Below are positions 13,606-27,801 of a stretch of 64,000 nt of DNA, piece after piece. Both the position numbers and the translations under genes were made by a program. Location: positions 3,288,001 to 3,352,000 of the forward strand of contig NC_045698.1 in the NCBI RefSeq assembly GCF_009834535.1, in the 5' to 3' direction. Position 1 is the first letter of the stretch, and the number at the start of each line of letters is the position of its first letter. This DNA comes from Camelus ferus (taxonomy: Eukaryota). The notes beneath the pieces are model-generated. The model was not told the DNA's origin. It was given only the letters and a program-made list of their open reading frames with translations, and did not search any database.

Positions 13606-14544
13606 CCTAGGTCAAAAGGCAAGAACATCAAGTAGGTAAAAAGTGATTTGCTAACAAATACAAGGACATAATCATGTTTCTCTTTAATAGAACCATCAAA
13701 CTGCAAAGCGGAGCCAATGGATTCTGCTTCCTCTGTGCTGTCTTATTTCCCTGGGAGTGCAGAGTAATCTGCGTGTTTATCATCCAGTTATTATCAGCTT
13801 GAGTGAATGGGATGGCTTCCAAGCGTCTCCCATGGCTTTCCATCTTTTAAACCCTCAGAGCTGAACTTCGAGCATCTTTAAAATGTTAGCAATTGAGACC
13901 AGTGAAGAGCAAGACAAGGAAGACTAGTGTGTTAACTATTCAAAACGTGGTCTCAGAATTCAGCACGTGTCCCTGAAGGTGCAACAAACAGGCTGACCCC
14001 TCGGGCGATTGCCTGTGGGGTCTCGGTGCCAAGCACTCCATTAGGCAAAATAGGTTCTTCCCAAGTGCCGTCTTTGATAAGGAAAACAGTGAAGGATGCT
14101 GCCAAATTAAATCTGCGCCGAGTAAGGGAGGCTCTTCTTGCTGAGTTGAGAAGCATCTAAAGAGAACAATAAAAGCACATATCCAAGTCCAGAGGGAAAT
14201 AAAAGTACACAGCCTTCCTGATTGCAGTAAAACACTAGGCCTGGCTAACCTTCCTGGACCACGACGAGATGGGGTTGCAAAGCTTCTCAGATTTGTGTCC
14301 ACACCAGAGACCCAAAATGGTGCCCCAGTCCACGTCATGCAAAAGATAGGAAAGCAATACTTTGAGATACTTGGAGACTTGGCTGCAGAATTCACATAGC
14401 AGACTTTCCTAATTTCTAATTCAGCATGAAATCAAAATGCCTTTTTGTTTTTTTCTTTCCCTTCTAGCTACCTCACTGTTCTGTTTGTAGTAGGAGGTGG
14501 ACTGACTCATGGGCTTCCAACTTGATCAACAAGTTAAAAAAATT

Positions 14545-14635
14545 GGAGATTGTTTTAAAAAGCAGATTTCTGGGCCTTGGCCTCATGGATTCTAACTGTC
14601 AGATCAGGTGGGCCTCCAAATATGGTTTCCTGAGG
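14545..14635. mobile_element. MER5A-like hAT-Charlie fragment
   Basis: ttgttttaaaaagcagatttctgggccttggcctcatggattcta...gtgggcctcc. Confidence 0.5.
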
Positions 14636-15978
14636 TGTTTTCTGGTTTTAATATGCACTGCTTCCTTTTCGGCATAATCGTCCATTCTTGCCTCTCTGCA
14701 GCCCCCTGTGCCCTCCCCAGGCCCAGCCCTCAAAGACGCCCACTCAGGGTGTTTCCCCTCCTTGCTCAGCCATCAGCCTTGGCTCTTCAGACCCGTTTTC
14801 TGACCTTTTGATTATTTTTACTGCTCTCATGTGAGTACTGCTCAGATTTCCACCCCCTTCTAAAATATGATTATGTTCATCATGTTATGATTATGATCCT
14901 GTTTTCAGAGGCAACGTTTACCACTGTCAGACTAACAGCTCCTACAGAAATATGTGTCTCTCTCAAATAATCTCTGCTAAATGCACTCCAGGGAAATACT
15001 GACAAGCCCTGTGTCCACTGACGCAGGGCCGCCTGCTCTGAGGCACTCGTATGGCTGCCGTCATCTTTCCAGAGGTTATCTCTCTCTGTGGTTCCCCTGT
15101 GAAGACGGGTTTCACTGGAATATTGCACCATCCAGGGGGGTGGCTTGTCGGTTGGAAGATATGTGACTTCGTGCATTTGGAAGTAGACGGTCCATCCTCA
15201 GGAGTCTTACAAATCTGTTATAAGTAATTCCTTGTAGTTTCCTCATCAGAAAAGGATTAGTCCACCCCAGATGAGCACAGCGGTCCTGGGTCTGCGGTTG
15301 CACAGCCGGCTTTGCAGCATCTAGCCCCGCGAAGGAGGTTATTCGTTTATTTGGGAAACGCAATCACCGACCACAATTTCAGTCGGGCCCGGCCTGCCAC
15401 GTGCTGGGCTCCGTTTTGTTGGTGAGCTGGGTCGGCGCTTCCTGCCGTGAACTTGGTTGTTTGCTGACGGTGGGAGTTTGAGCGTTCAGTCTCCGAGGGG
15501 ACAGTGTAGGTGGTGTACAGGCACCTGGTTTCAGCTGGGAGCAGTTTCAGCTCCTAACCACAGCTTCGCGGCTGGAATTTTTCAGCAACCACAACACAAA
15601 AGGTGAAATATAGAGAATATCGTCTCTAGGCATTAGCGGAATAGAATCCGAGAGGGTCTGTGCTCTGAAAAGCATCAGAACGCAGTTCAGATCCCACGCA
15701 TGGGGCAACTCCTCGTCACAAAACCTGGACCCGCATGGCTAGCCTGGAGCAGAATGAGGTGCCCCCTTCTCCCGCAAACTGTAAACAGAAATCCGTCAGC
15801 AAAGTGCACGGTGCTGTGCGCGCATGCGTTGCAGGCTCCACGCAGGGCCACTCAGCTCGTTCTGACAGCTGCCCCTTGACTCTGTCTCCACGATGTGTAA
15901 GCATGACTACCCGCCCCGGGCTCCCTGTTGGTCAAAAATCATGTTCTTTTTGACTTAAGATTCTTTCCATGTGTCTGC

Positions 15979-16297
15979 TTTTTTTTTTTTTAATTGAAGT
16001 ACAGTCAGTTTCCAATGTCGTGTCCATTTCTGGTGCACAGCATCGTGTTTCAGCCATACATGGACAGACATATATTCCTTTTCAGATTCTTTTCCATTAC
16101 AGGCTACTGCAAGATGCTGAGTACAGCTCCCTGTGCTGTACAGTAGAAACTTGCTGTTTATCTATTTTATATATAGTAGTTAATATTGCAAATCTCGAAC
16201 TCCCAGTTTAATCCCTTCCCACCCCGTTTCCTAGTAACCATAAGGTTTTTTACTATGTCTGTAAGTCTGTCTCTCTTTTGTAGATAAATTCATATGT
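15979..16297 (-). mobile_element. Short L1 3' end (younger, camelid/cetartiodactyl type)
   Basis: Poly-T followed by aattgaagtacagtcagtt...tatattccttttcagattcttttccattacagg...ccctgtgctgtacagtag. ctgctttt occurs on both flanks (possible TSD). Confidence 0.92.
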
Positions 16298-19200
16298 CTC
16301 TGCTTTTAAGAACAACATATCATAGACACATCCATATTTCTCAACATAACGTTCTCACGATTATAACTGGAGTGTCCAGGTGCCCCTCGCTTCAGGGCAA
16401 CAGCTGTCCGAGAAGGAGCAGACCACCTTCCTCTCGTGGCTGCGGGCATTGAACGGCCACGGGCGTTTGGGGGCTAATTTGTGGAGCTGCTTTCAGGATA
16501 CATTTAGTCTGTAATTTAACCTGATTAATGGGTTTGCCGTCACTTCCCTGTATAATTAAGTTACCAGTAGCTGTTCCTACCATTAACTCATAAGACACAT
16601 GCAAAGACCCAGGCCAGAGGGCCTGTGACAGGAACATGTCCCTCGACTGTTGGCGTCAAAGCCTGCAGTGATGCTGGAGGCGAGTTTCCAAATGTACAGC
16701 GTTAGCGTCAGGAGGGAGTCTATGGGAATGTCTTCCAGTTCCCAGATTTGTAAAATCGTAGGCAGATTTCCTCATCAAGATGAATGTTCCCCCATCAGAA
16801 TGTCCTCAGTAAAGCAGCAGTGATATTTAGAATTGCATTTTTTTTTCCTTTTTGATAGAAGTCTCCTGAGATAGAATATATCAGCGTCGTGGAGTTCGTG
16901 GAGTTCGTGGAGCACGCGTCCACTTCAGCAGCGCAGGTGGCCGGCGGTCCTGCGAGGGAGGCTGCGTGGTTTGTGTATTTCTATGTTCAGCAACACCAAT
17001 CGATTTCACACAGGCAAGTTGAGGCAAAGACTAACTTATCTTTCCAGCTTTTTCTAGAAAATCACTATCACTTAAAAAGATATCCATCCAAAATTATAGG
17101 AAAATAAAATAGACCTGTAGCAGTTCCCTTATTCATTCATTTGTGCGAGTGCTTCCATTTAAATGATACTTTGCTGTGATTTGTTTTCTCATTTAAAACA
17201 AAAATTCTTATCTGCGTCATGTGTTGTGATCTTAAAATAAGCTTCAGATTCCGCGCAGGCCGAGCGAGAAAGACAGAACCCTCCAGCTCCCTGCTGGTGC
17301 GCTGGTCCACCCGGACTCCCAGCTGCACGCACCCGAGCCCGGGATGCCGGGGTTAACAGCACGTCCTCGCTCCTTCCCTCTGTCTGCGTATTCTGGCTTC
17401 TTTGGTGCCTCCACTCCTTGATCTGGCTTCAGGCTCCGCACTGCTCAGGAGAGCAAAGCGCCTGCCCGTTCTCCTGTGCCCTAGCGGGGTCTCTGAGCCT
17501 CTCACACGGTCAGCCCTTCTCCTGGGCTTCTGCTCAGTGCTTTGTCCCTGACCTGGCAGGACGCACTGGTGCCCTCACACCCGTTCACTTCCTGCACCCT
17601 GAGAGCATCTTCCATGTGCAAGTTTGGCAAACTCATCGCCTCAGGTCGCTCACTGTCTGAAGCCAGGCTGGTCCTGCGTCCGTCCACCTCACCAGGACTC
17701 TGCCCTCCAAGCCTGGGTGGTCTTGCCGCCACCTCCTTGCAAAGTTTCCATGCAAGGCAGTGGTTGGAGTTCCTGAAGACGGCGGTTGGAACCGCCACTC
17801 AGCTATTAGAACAGGGTGAACAAGTGACTTTGTGCAGGCATGCCAAAAACTGACGTGTGATGTGCAGACTCGACACTAAGTCTGTCTTTTCTTGGGTCGT
17901 GACTCAGTAGCAAGGCCATGGAGAGGGGACACACTGCCTCACCGAGTCCCCAGCCACAGAGGCTCTGTTTATCCAAAACTTGGACAATGGCTGAGAGGAC
18001 GGATTCACCTGGGTCAGCGTTCCCTGCTGCTTCGCCGACTTAGACTGTACTTCTGGGATCATACCCCCAAACTGTGGTTATTATTCTTTTATATACTCAG
18101 CTCTGCTCCGATCTTATCTCTTTCCAGGTCATTCCTGTGCCCCACACGGGATCCGCTCTCCCAGGAGCCTCAATTTCCTGTCTTGGTAAAAATAGCCCCT
18201 AATAATTCTACCATGCAGACCTGAATCGTGCCACGTGGCCCCATGCGAGTCCAATCCCCGGCAGCAAAGGAGAGCCGCCCCTCCCTTCCAGGGGTTCCTC
18301 ATTCACATCGGCATGGTGACCTCAGCCCTCCTCCAGACCTCGGAGTGCCCCTTGCCTGACATTCCAACGTGCACGTTGCCCCGCCTTCATGTGCACACAC
18401 CCACAGCTAAGTCACGTGTGGGCTTTGTGCTCCCCGACCCTCCAGAGCAAACCTGCGTGCATTCAGGAACTGCAGTTTCCTGCTGAAAGATGCAGTGGCT
18501 GGGCCTGCATGGAGCAAGTTGATTGTTCTGAGATCCAGTGTGGTCCCCGTGAGGACTGAGGCCTGCTGGGTGTGGGAAGATAGGACCTCTGTTTGGCGAC
18601 TGTTAAGTCGTGACAGGGTAATGCACAGAAGGAAGACGGTGAGAGGTTCACAAGCCTGGGACTTTAGATCCACGTTAAGACCAGATGGAAACACAGGGCA
18701 GTATCAGGTTAGAATGTATTTGTGAGCTGCATTCTCTTCCCTGGAGGCGGGGGAGGTAGACACTTCCAATAGCTCTTGGTGGAGTTTCTGTCTTTCACCA
18801 CAGAAAACGGCAACGGTGGCTTTCAATACTTTACAAAAAGTAGACGCAATAAGAGCCCGGTTGGGAGCACCCTTCTTAATATTATTACAATGAACACACT
18901 AGCTCTGGTGTCAATTCTTTGTATCAGTGACGGAAGAGATTGGGAAATATCGACGAGGAAAACCTGAAGACCCTGTTGTCAACATTTGTGAGGCAGATAT
19001 TGGTGGATTTTTTACTGGGTATTATAGGAAAACATCCCATTGGCTGAAATCAGACTCCTCTTCCAATGGGGTGGTCACAGAGAGTTAGCTGCTTCTCAGT
19101 TTTCTTTATGCAATGACAGACCCTAGACTCAAATAGGTCCCCCAAGCAGGTGACAACCAAGGGACAAATCAGTGCTTGGCGGTTTCTACCGAGTGGATAG

Positions 19201-19734
19201 GGTCCAGAGCTCAATCTGGACACAGGTGTGATCACACTAAAAAGAAGAAGAACGTAGATTTTCTTAAATGACCATGCCTTGAGTGTCCAGGATATTTAAA
19301 CTCATACATATTTTACAAGCTGTGCTTTGCCAGTTTGATGGCCTGCGCTATACAAGATGAATAGACCCCTTGAAAAGCGTGCATGTTAAAATTTATGACC
19401 CTTCCCCAGATGCCAGAAAATTGGAAGCTTAAATTAAAAGCTTTAGACTGAATTAAAATTAATCTACTGTTTCACATGTTTAGTATCTGTGTATTAATTT
19501 CTTACCATGTAACAGAATCTGTGTTGGGCCTGGAGGTCAGTTGTGGGGCCGCTTCACCTAATCAGCAGCCAAGTTCTGATTATTTTCATTCCTCCTCTTT
19601 TTCATGTGTCTCTGCCACGGCATGACAGTCTATACTTGTCATAACCTGTCTTCATAATTTTTCCTCTTTGTTGCCATAGTTACTTCCAAACTAGATTTTT
19701 TTTTTGTATCAAAGCTTTCACTATTCTTCCCCTA

Positions 19735-19868
19735 AACACACACATGCATACACAGGCACCCATCCAGAAACACAGGCACTAACTTGCAAACATACAAGAG
19801 CATGCGTGTGGTAACACACGCACGCACGCACGCACACGCACACATGCACACACACACACACACACACA
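19735..19868 (+). repeat. (CA)n / (CGCA)n microsatellite
   Basis: cacacgcacgcacgcacgcacacgcacacatgcacacacacacacacacaca. Confidence 0.95.
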
Positions 19869-22174
19869 GTGCACTCTCCACATGAGAACCAGTAGGGCAC
19901 CAACTGATGAAAATCTGAAATCACATCACAGGCTGATCATAGACTGAAGTCGGGTTCCATCCCTCAGTGGCCCATCTTGGGGTTCAGAACAAGGTTTCCA
20001 CACCCACCTTTCTCATCACACAGTGAAGAGAGCCCACCTGTCCCTCGGTCTCACTTCCCACTTCTCAGGTTTGAACCCAGGGACCCTCCTGTTTCTCTTC
20101 CTGAATCGTCACTCTCACCATCTCTGTATCAGCTGAGGTGCCAGCGAGGTTCGGATTGGCTTCAGTAACGGGGAAGCCCCCTCTCTCCCTGTCATTTTGA
20201 ATCGACATGACCCTGAGATATGAAGATGGGGGATGATGCTCACAGAAGTGGATGTGGTGTAAGTAATTGGAAGAAAAAAATGTTATAAACTCTCTGAATG
20301 AAGACATGTGGGAGAAATAGGTAATAAAGAAAATTGAACATCTTAAGTTAGATTCAGATCAATAGATCTTTTTTATTAAGCAAAATTGCATTAATATGAA
20401 CAATTCTGCTGACCTATGTAAGTTATGCTTCAGAAATTATCATATTTAGTAAGTAATTATTTGGAGCCAGTAATAAGCTGCAGCTATTTGCAAGGGAGTG
20501 CTCATGGAATGATTCCAGAATGCTGACTGATAACTTCAGTATTGTGCAATTGAAAATGATAAACGGATTTTGCCCATTTCTTAATGATGCTTACAATGAT
20601 GCAGAAAGCAACGCAACAGTAATGGGAGGAAATAAACATGTTTGAGAGACGTAAGACGTTCTGGCAGCCACACGTTGTTAGCAGTGTTGACCTGCCGCCT
20701 TTGTCCGCACGGATGAGCTGGGTGGCTCAGGGCCACCGAGTCGTGTGGTTTGAGTCGTTTCCCGCTGGGGGTGGTGGACGAGAACTGGTCCAGCCACAGC
20801 CTCCCACCCAGGCCCCCCCGTGACCGAAGGTACGTGTTTGTGAGGGAGCTGGGCGTTTTCAGAGATGGAGGAACAGAGCAGAAAAGCAGAAAGGTCGGCA
20901 CAGCTGCGAGGCCCCAGCCACTGGCTGGTCCTCGGTGTGTTTTTACCGACTAAGGGAACAGACTCCTGCCTGTAGCCTGAGAAAGAGGACTCACTGGGGA
21001 CCCCTGGCTCCACGACAGCGGTGTCTAGAAAGACTTGCTGTTGCTACACAGACACAACACAAACCAGTTCTCAGGGAAATGAGGACTGAGCTGCCGTGAG
21101 CAAGGAACATCAGACTTCTCTACAGCGTCACCCTGAATATTGCAAATATTATAACATATCTTAAACGTTCTTTTCTGAAGCTTATCCTGCTTCTGTAGGC
21201 TTCTCAGAGTGCTGCAGGAAAACGGAAAAAAGACAAAAATGTTTGATTTAAATGTATCCTATCCCAAACATTTCCATAAAATGAGAATTGTCTTCCTCTT
21301 GAAATAAAAGCAGTAAACCCAGAAAGTGATTCCACAGAAATTTCCAACCATGTTAAATCAAGAGTATGCATAAAGTGTACGTTTTTAACTCTCCAGGTCA
21401 AGTAACTTTTCTGAAAAGCTTTATATTTCCTGAACCTTTCTGAAGAATTCAACATTTCAGGGATGGGAATTCTGTGGCTACAAACACCACAGGGACTTAA
21501 AGTAAAATTTGATATGAAACTAAAGGAAGAAATCTTTCCTCTCCTTCCTTGTCCTGGGATGTTTCCAGAATAGTGAATTATCTTATGCACATGCACTCCC
21601 CAGTAACAGCGGTGGAAAATCGCCAAACAAGGACCTGCCAAGGACAAGACTAGAAACAACAAATGGAAGACGCGAGATGTACGGCATATGAAAGGTGGGG
21701 AAATGAGACGACAGATCCCGGATGAGAGATACTCTCACATACATTACAGGGTTTTAAATTTTAAGGTGCTGCTTCAGTAATGTGTCTGAACATAACCTGA
21801 TCTAATTTAAAGAAAATTCATCATTCAAAACAGCAATAATTTTTCAAAAAAGGTTTATTGCTAAGCCTACTTGCAGTTTAACAAGTTTTTCAAAAGCTGT
21901 GTGCACTTTTCACTTAGTTACTTCTCCATAGAAACATTTAAATCATCCTTCTGGCTGAATACGCTCACAGGAGCCTAGCTGAGCGACATTAATTGAGATT
22001 ACAGTCACCGCTTGAGGGTGTCCTAGTGTCTGCTGCTCAGTAGCCCTGCACTGAACAGAACTGTCACCAGAACCCGAGAACGCAGCCCCAGGAAAGGCAC
22101 GTTTAAGAAGCCGTGTGCAGCACACACTCCTAGTTTCTTCTCACGTTAGTCCTTTGTAGAGTCGACAAAAAGTC

Positions 22175-22361
22175 TTGTTTTCGCCTAGCCCACAAGCTAA
22201 GAATGGGTTTGACATTTTAAAATGTTTTAAAAAACAGTAAAAGAAGAAAACTATTTGATGACACATGAAAATGATACAAAATTCAAATTTCAGAGTTTGT
22301 AAATAAAGTTTTATTGGAACATAGCCACGCCCACTCATTCACAGGTTATTGCTGACCTCTG
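22175..22361 (+). mobile_element. MER58B-like hAT-Charlie MITE, internally deleted
   Basis: gctaagaatgggtttgacattttaaaatg...aaattcaaatttcag...aaataaagttttattggaacatagccacgcccactcatt, then jumps to the TIR-like ttgctgacctctg. Confidence 0.88.
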
Positions 22362-25300
22362 GTCTGGTGGCGGAGACAAAGACGTGGAAGGTGGACCGCT
22401 CATGATACCTGAGGGGCATCTGGTCCCCAGGAGGAAGGCCAGGGCCACTCGGGGGGGGGGGACCACCACCTGGGGACGTCAGCAGGGAGGGCCAGCTAAA
22501 GGGGAGCAGAAAACCAAGTGGCCTAATGACGCGCTCACATTTCCAAGAGCGCGGCAGCACACGCGCTCCCGTGCGTCAAGGAAGGGGCTTCTTTACGTTC
22601 CAGACATTTGACAGTTTCCAACGATAATGTCAAACTTGCCGATCACAACCTGAGAATTTCTTGAGTCCTGGAACCACAATGAAGTCATTTTAAGATCTAG
22701 AGTTTTCCCCTGACACAGAGCTGGGCTGTGGGCTGTAACTGCGTGGTGCCCAGCTAGACTCAGAAAATTTCCAAGGCAGTGCATGTCTGCAGCACTTAAG
22801 GGGAAAAACAAGAAAAAAAAACACGTTCCCTCATATAAGAGCAAATTGCCAAAACTAGGAGGGGGAAGCGCAGGTCATACGTACTCAATAAACACTAAAA
22901 ATCACAAAAACATTTTTGGGAGAGGCTCATTCACAGTGGGCGGAGACGCTACACTGAACACACTTGCCAGCAGGCGTGAAGGCTCCCCTGGCTGGGGAGT
23001 CGCGCCTGCATCCAGGTAGAGCTGCCTGGGGTTCACGCCCCGCACGGGTCCTGGGGGCTGACGTGGCTCCTCCGTCAGATCCAGCTAGAATTTGCGCTTT
23101 GCTCTGCTTGGAGCCCTGGCAGGAGGAAGGGTGCTGCCCCGCTTGTCTGCTTCCCGGGCTCTGCCGCGAGTTATTCCTGAAGCAAGCATTTTCCAGGCTC
23201 CAGGGGAAGCACACGATCCTCAGGTTCCCTCTTCCCGACACCTGCATCCACAAACATATCAAAACTGCAGGCCAACGAGATTGCAGCAAAGGAAGAAAAA
23301 ACATTCAGATCAGACAGGGCTGACTCTGAAATAACTCCCCCGGGGAGAAGCAACGCGGCCCCGTGACCCGGGATGTGCCCTGGCGGCTGCATCGCAAAGC
23401 TGAATCGACGCTGAGGAGGCAGCTCACCCCCACTTCAGGGTGTGGAAGGGAAGGACGTCTCTTGGGGGAGCTGAGCAAACGAGCCTGCGAGCGCATGCTC
23501 TCATCCTCGTGGGGTAAAGCAGTCAAGGAGACGCCACCGTGGATGGGAGATGGAGTCAGGAGAGCCTCACGTGCTTCGTGCAGGGGAGAGGGGAGGCGGA
23601 TTTGCAGGCATCCATGGGGAGCTGCAGCCCTGGACCAGAGGAGGGAGCCGGTGTGGACCTGGCGGTGGTGTAAGCTCACGCTCTCCTCCCCCCCTGCGCA
23701 GCCAAGGAGATGCGGCCCCGCTGCTGCCTCCTTCTTCTCCAGGACGTCCACCGGCCTGAGGGGAGCTGGTACGGGACTGCTGTCACTGTCCCTCTGCCAA
23801 AGCCAGAGGGAGCCGGGGCTAGATATCTCATTTCTGTCCCTTGCTTGATTTGAAACATGTGCAGACGGGGAATGTAACTGGCTTGGTTGCAGCAGGAACC
23901 CAGGCCAGCAGATGAAAGGTTTATGGCCCTGAGACGTCTTCCTACTGCAGCAGTTAGTGTTCGGTGGGGACCAGGTGCTGTCTGCTTGTCACTTGCAATA
24001 TCGGGGCGTTACTTAACACTATAAAGTCCCCAACTTAGCATGAGGTCACAGTCCCGTGTTGCCAGTTACAGCTACTTAAGACCCTGGGACGCTGCTCCAT
24101 GGGGAGTGTCAGAATTATTATTTGGCATTTTCCTCTCAATAGGAGATTGCATTTTGGGATTTGCCATGGAGAGGAGCGCTGGGCTGGTCTGTTCCGTCCT
24201 CACTGGGGCACGCCCTCCCGGGTGCCAGCCGCCAGCCCCACCAGTGGGTGGCCCCAGCCTCCACACTGCTCCATGCCAACAGATCAACGGTCTCCGGGGG
24301 CCCATCATGGGGGCTCAGGCCCCGCAGGCTTCATGCCGCGTGGCTGTCTCCATGGAGCCACCCACACAGCTATGCCTGCCTTCCTGGGCCCTGGGCCCAG
24401 ATGTCAGGTCCAGCCAGGGGAAGGTTCACAGCGGCTGGGAGATTCCCCGATCCAGCAAATATCTCCTCTTTGCTGGGAGTTGTCCTTAGGCCTGCAAAAC
24501 CATCCATGTTCCTCCCACCAGGCTTCCCCACAAAAAGTGGGGACACCAGCGTTTACCTCGGCATCCAGGTATGGTGTCAGGGAGAAGGGGGCTTGGCGAG
24601 CGGTGAGGGGGGTCATCTGAAGCAAGGTGGCGTCAGAGCCCTGGGATTCCTACTCGTGAGATGGTGATGTGTTCCCCTTACTGTCTCCACCTGCAGACTT
24701 ATTCAGATTTCTTTTTTTTTTCTTTTAAATGCACACAAGTGAGCACCGTGTTCTCCACCCCCTACCCCCCAAGGCACATCTTGTCCGATCTTTGTAATAT
24801 ATCAAGGCAGGGGCTGTTCAACAACGAGATTGAATTAACATCTGTGGTTTTATTAGAGTCCGACTGATTTCTTCAGCTCAGTAAACAACCAGAAAGTGCC
24901 AAAGCACAGATAACGCTGAAGTCACTGAGCCTGAGACGCCCAGCCCTGCAGAGCGCGTGGAGCAGCGGGAGAGGGGATGCGGCTCGGCAGGGCAGCAGGG
25001 GGAAGCAAGACTTAGGCGGGGTTCGAATTTTTAGAGCTGAATACTCTTCTATTTCCACATCTAACCTTAATGATGAAGTTGCGCCAACTCTTTTGTAATA
25101 ATAGAGACCCGACTTTGATATAAAACACAGGGAAACAGATGTGAATTTACATGCAAGGAAAAGTCGTGACCCTGCTCGAGTCTCTTTAAAGCGTAACACA
25201 AAGTAAAGAGGAAAATGATGCGATGCTTTCTGGGGATTTTAGTATTTGACTGACTTTTTTGTGTAAGGTGGTTAGTAACCTGTGACCAGATCTTGAGGAA

Positions 25301-26199
25301 ACCACGTAAACAAGACCAGATTTAAAAAGACAAGTCTGTCCCCGCCCAGGCCTTGGTTACGGGACTGGCCACCATCACACTGTTCCCTCTCTAAGCTTCT
25401 CTCTCCGGCTCTGCGTCCCTGGAACTTTCAGGAGGAGTTTGACATCATGGTCCTTTCCTGCAGATTTTCTAGGCTGAGACCAAGACACACACATGCGTCA
25501 AAAAGATGATTAAAATACTAAAAGGACAAAAGGATAGTCGCTAAGCAGTATGTGTCACAAGAACTGCTTGGGGGTGGGTCACAGACAGGAAGGACAAGAG
25601 GGACAGGTTCCTGCAACTTATTTTGATGTCATTGGCGCTTCATGGTTTCACGCGCATAGATGTAAAATCTGGCCCCTGTGAGTCCTTGCCTAAGAAACTA
25701 AAACCCAAAGTGCTGGCACAAGGCAGTGAGCCCCAGGACTTAAGAAGTGTCTTAACACCAAGGAAATGTACTGTTTTCCGTCACTTCCTGGTATGTACTA
25801 TGTTAACTTTTTTTTTCTTTTATCAACCTCTGTTGTATTTTTTCATAATAAATTTTCCCTAGAACTTTAAAGGTCAAATTTTTTCATTCATTGCATATTA
25901 TGTGTTAGAATTTAAATTCAACCCAGATGAACAACTCAGACCTTAAGGATAAAAAATATATATTTATTAATCTAATAAAAGCAATTCAAGTGTAACTTTG
26001 AAAGTATTATATTATGTTAATATCACTTTTTGAATTCTAATTTCTGTAGAGTTGAATTAGTAGATGACTAAAGTAACGTTTTTTCTTGTAAGTCATATAT
26101 ATATATATAAAACAAACTAGTAACTTGCTGTTTCATGAAGAATAGAATATGTAAATGCCTCCTTTATAAGATTGTTGTAATAGATAAATATATGAAGGC

Positions 26200-27051
26200 A
26201 ACTTCTACTTTTTGTCAAGAAAAGGCCTATATTTACTCTCTCTCCTGGAGCAACCAAAAAAATAGACAAAATATATGAAACACACGTTGTCAAGGCTGGA
26301 CAATCAAGCAGTGGCCCCTGAGAGATGGGAAACCAGTGATGGATGTGGGCCCTACAGCTGCCCCCGCTGGCTGTCCTGAGAGCGTGTCCAGGCCCAGGCG
26401 AAGGGGGCAGGCCCCACCGGAGACCTGAGGCCTGTCTGGGTTGAGAGGCTGGGAGTCCAGGTGGGCACAGGCAGGTACGATTCCCTGCAGAGAGCAGCAG
26501 GGAGGGGACAGCATTGAGAGAGATCTTCAGAGGGTCCTTGGGGCGCATGCGATCACACTAATGTCTCTAGAAAAAAATCCCCAAATGCTTAACAGCTAAA
26601 TAATATACTTGTAAATAAACTATCGAAGGGTAAATTTTTAAAAACTGAGAAACTATTTTGAACAGAGTGTAAACACAACCTATTGACTTGTAGGATGTCA
26701 CAGTATTGGTGGGAAGTTTACAGCATTAAATGTCTGCTTTAGGAAAGAAGAATTAGCTGAAATCAATGACCTCAATGTCCAACTGGAGGAAAAGAGGAAA
26801 TGAAACACAAGTTAAGTAGAATAAATACGTATGAATGTCAGGACAAAAATCAATGAAATAGAAGAGAGAAAAACAATAAAGAAAATGAAGTTTGGATAAT
26901 GTAATTAAAGCTGCCTTTTTGGAAGGTTAATGGAATCGGTAAGCCTCTACCCGACTGGTCAGGAAAAGAAGAGAGAAAACACAAATTACCGAAATCAGGA
27001 CTGCAGGAGATGGCATCCTTACAGAGTCTACAGATTCTACAATATAATAAG
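26200..27051 (+). mobile_element. Ancient L1M (5' end plus ORF2 fragment), part 1
   Basis: L1M 5'-end phrase caaccaaaaaaatagacaaaatatatgaaac...ccctgagagatgggaaac, then ORF2-like gggaagtttacagcattaaatg...aaatcaatgacctcaa. Confidence 0.75.
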
Positions 27052-27054
27052 CAC

Positions 27055-27800
27055 AGGACTTCGTCAGGCATTTTTCCAAAGACAATATAAAAATGGCCAA
27101 TAAGCATATAAAATATTCAGTATCACTAGTCACTAGGGAAATATAAATCAAACCGCAATAAGCTATCGCCTCATGTGCACTGGCTACTATCAAAAAAGAA
27201 CAAAAATTAAAATAACATGCTTTGGTGAGAATGTGAAGTAACTGAAACCCTTGAACACTGTTGGTGGGAATGTAAAGTGATCCACTAATTCCAACCCTAG
27301 GCATACATCCAAGGAGAGAGCAGCAGGCTCTCAGAGGGGTCTGTGCATCCACGGCCACAGCAGCATTACTCACACCAACCCAAAGGCGGAACCCGAGGGT
27401 CCATCAGTGGAGGAATGGAGCACAAAATGCGGTGTATACACACAGCTGGATGTTACTCACTCTTTTAAAAAGAAGGAAACTCTGATACGTGCTATACACA
27501 TGGATGAAGCTTAAGAACATTATAATAAGCGAAATAAACCAGTCACAAAGGACAAACACGGTGCGAATCCACCCACGTGAAGTATCTAGAGACAGAACGT
27601 GGAACGGGGGTGCCAGGGTGGGGCATGGCAGAGATGAAGGGCTCCCTGATGGGGCCAGTCTCAGCTTTGCGAGACAAAGAGAGTCCTGGAGCCTGGCTGC
27701 ACAACAGTGTGAGCAGATTCAACACTACTGAGTGTCCACTTAAAAATGGTTAAGATGGTAAATTCTATGTTACGTGTATTTTACCGCACGTAAGCATTTT
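27055..27800 (+). mobile_element. L1MB-like 3' end nested in the older L1
   Basis: catttttccaaagacaatataaaaatggccaataagcat... ending cacttaaaaatggttaagatggtaaattctatgttacgtgtattttacc. Confidence 0.85.
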
Positions 27801-27801
27801 T

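Noticed and set aside
25420..25450. Minus-strand MMSNSS resembling the SCML1 N-terminus
   Set aside because: Immediately followed by a stop codon with no further similarity; coincidence.
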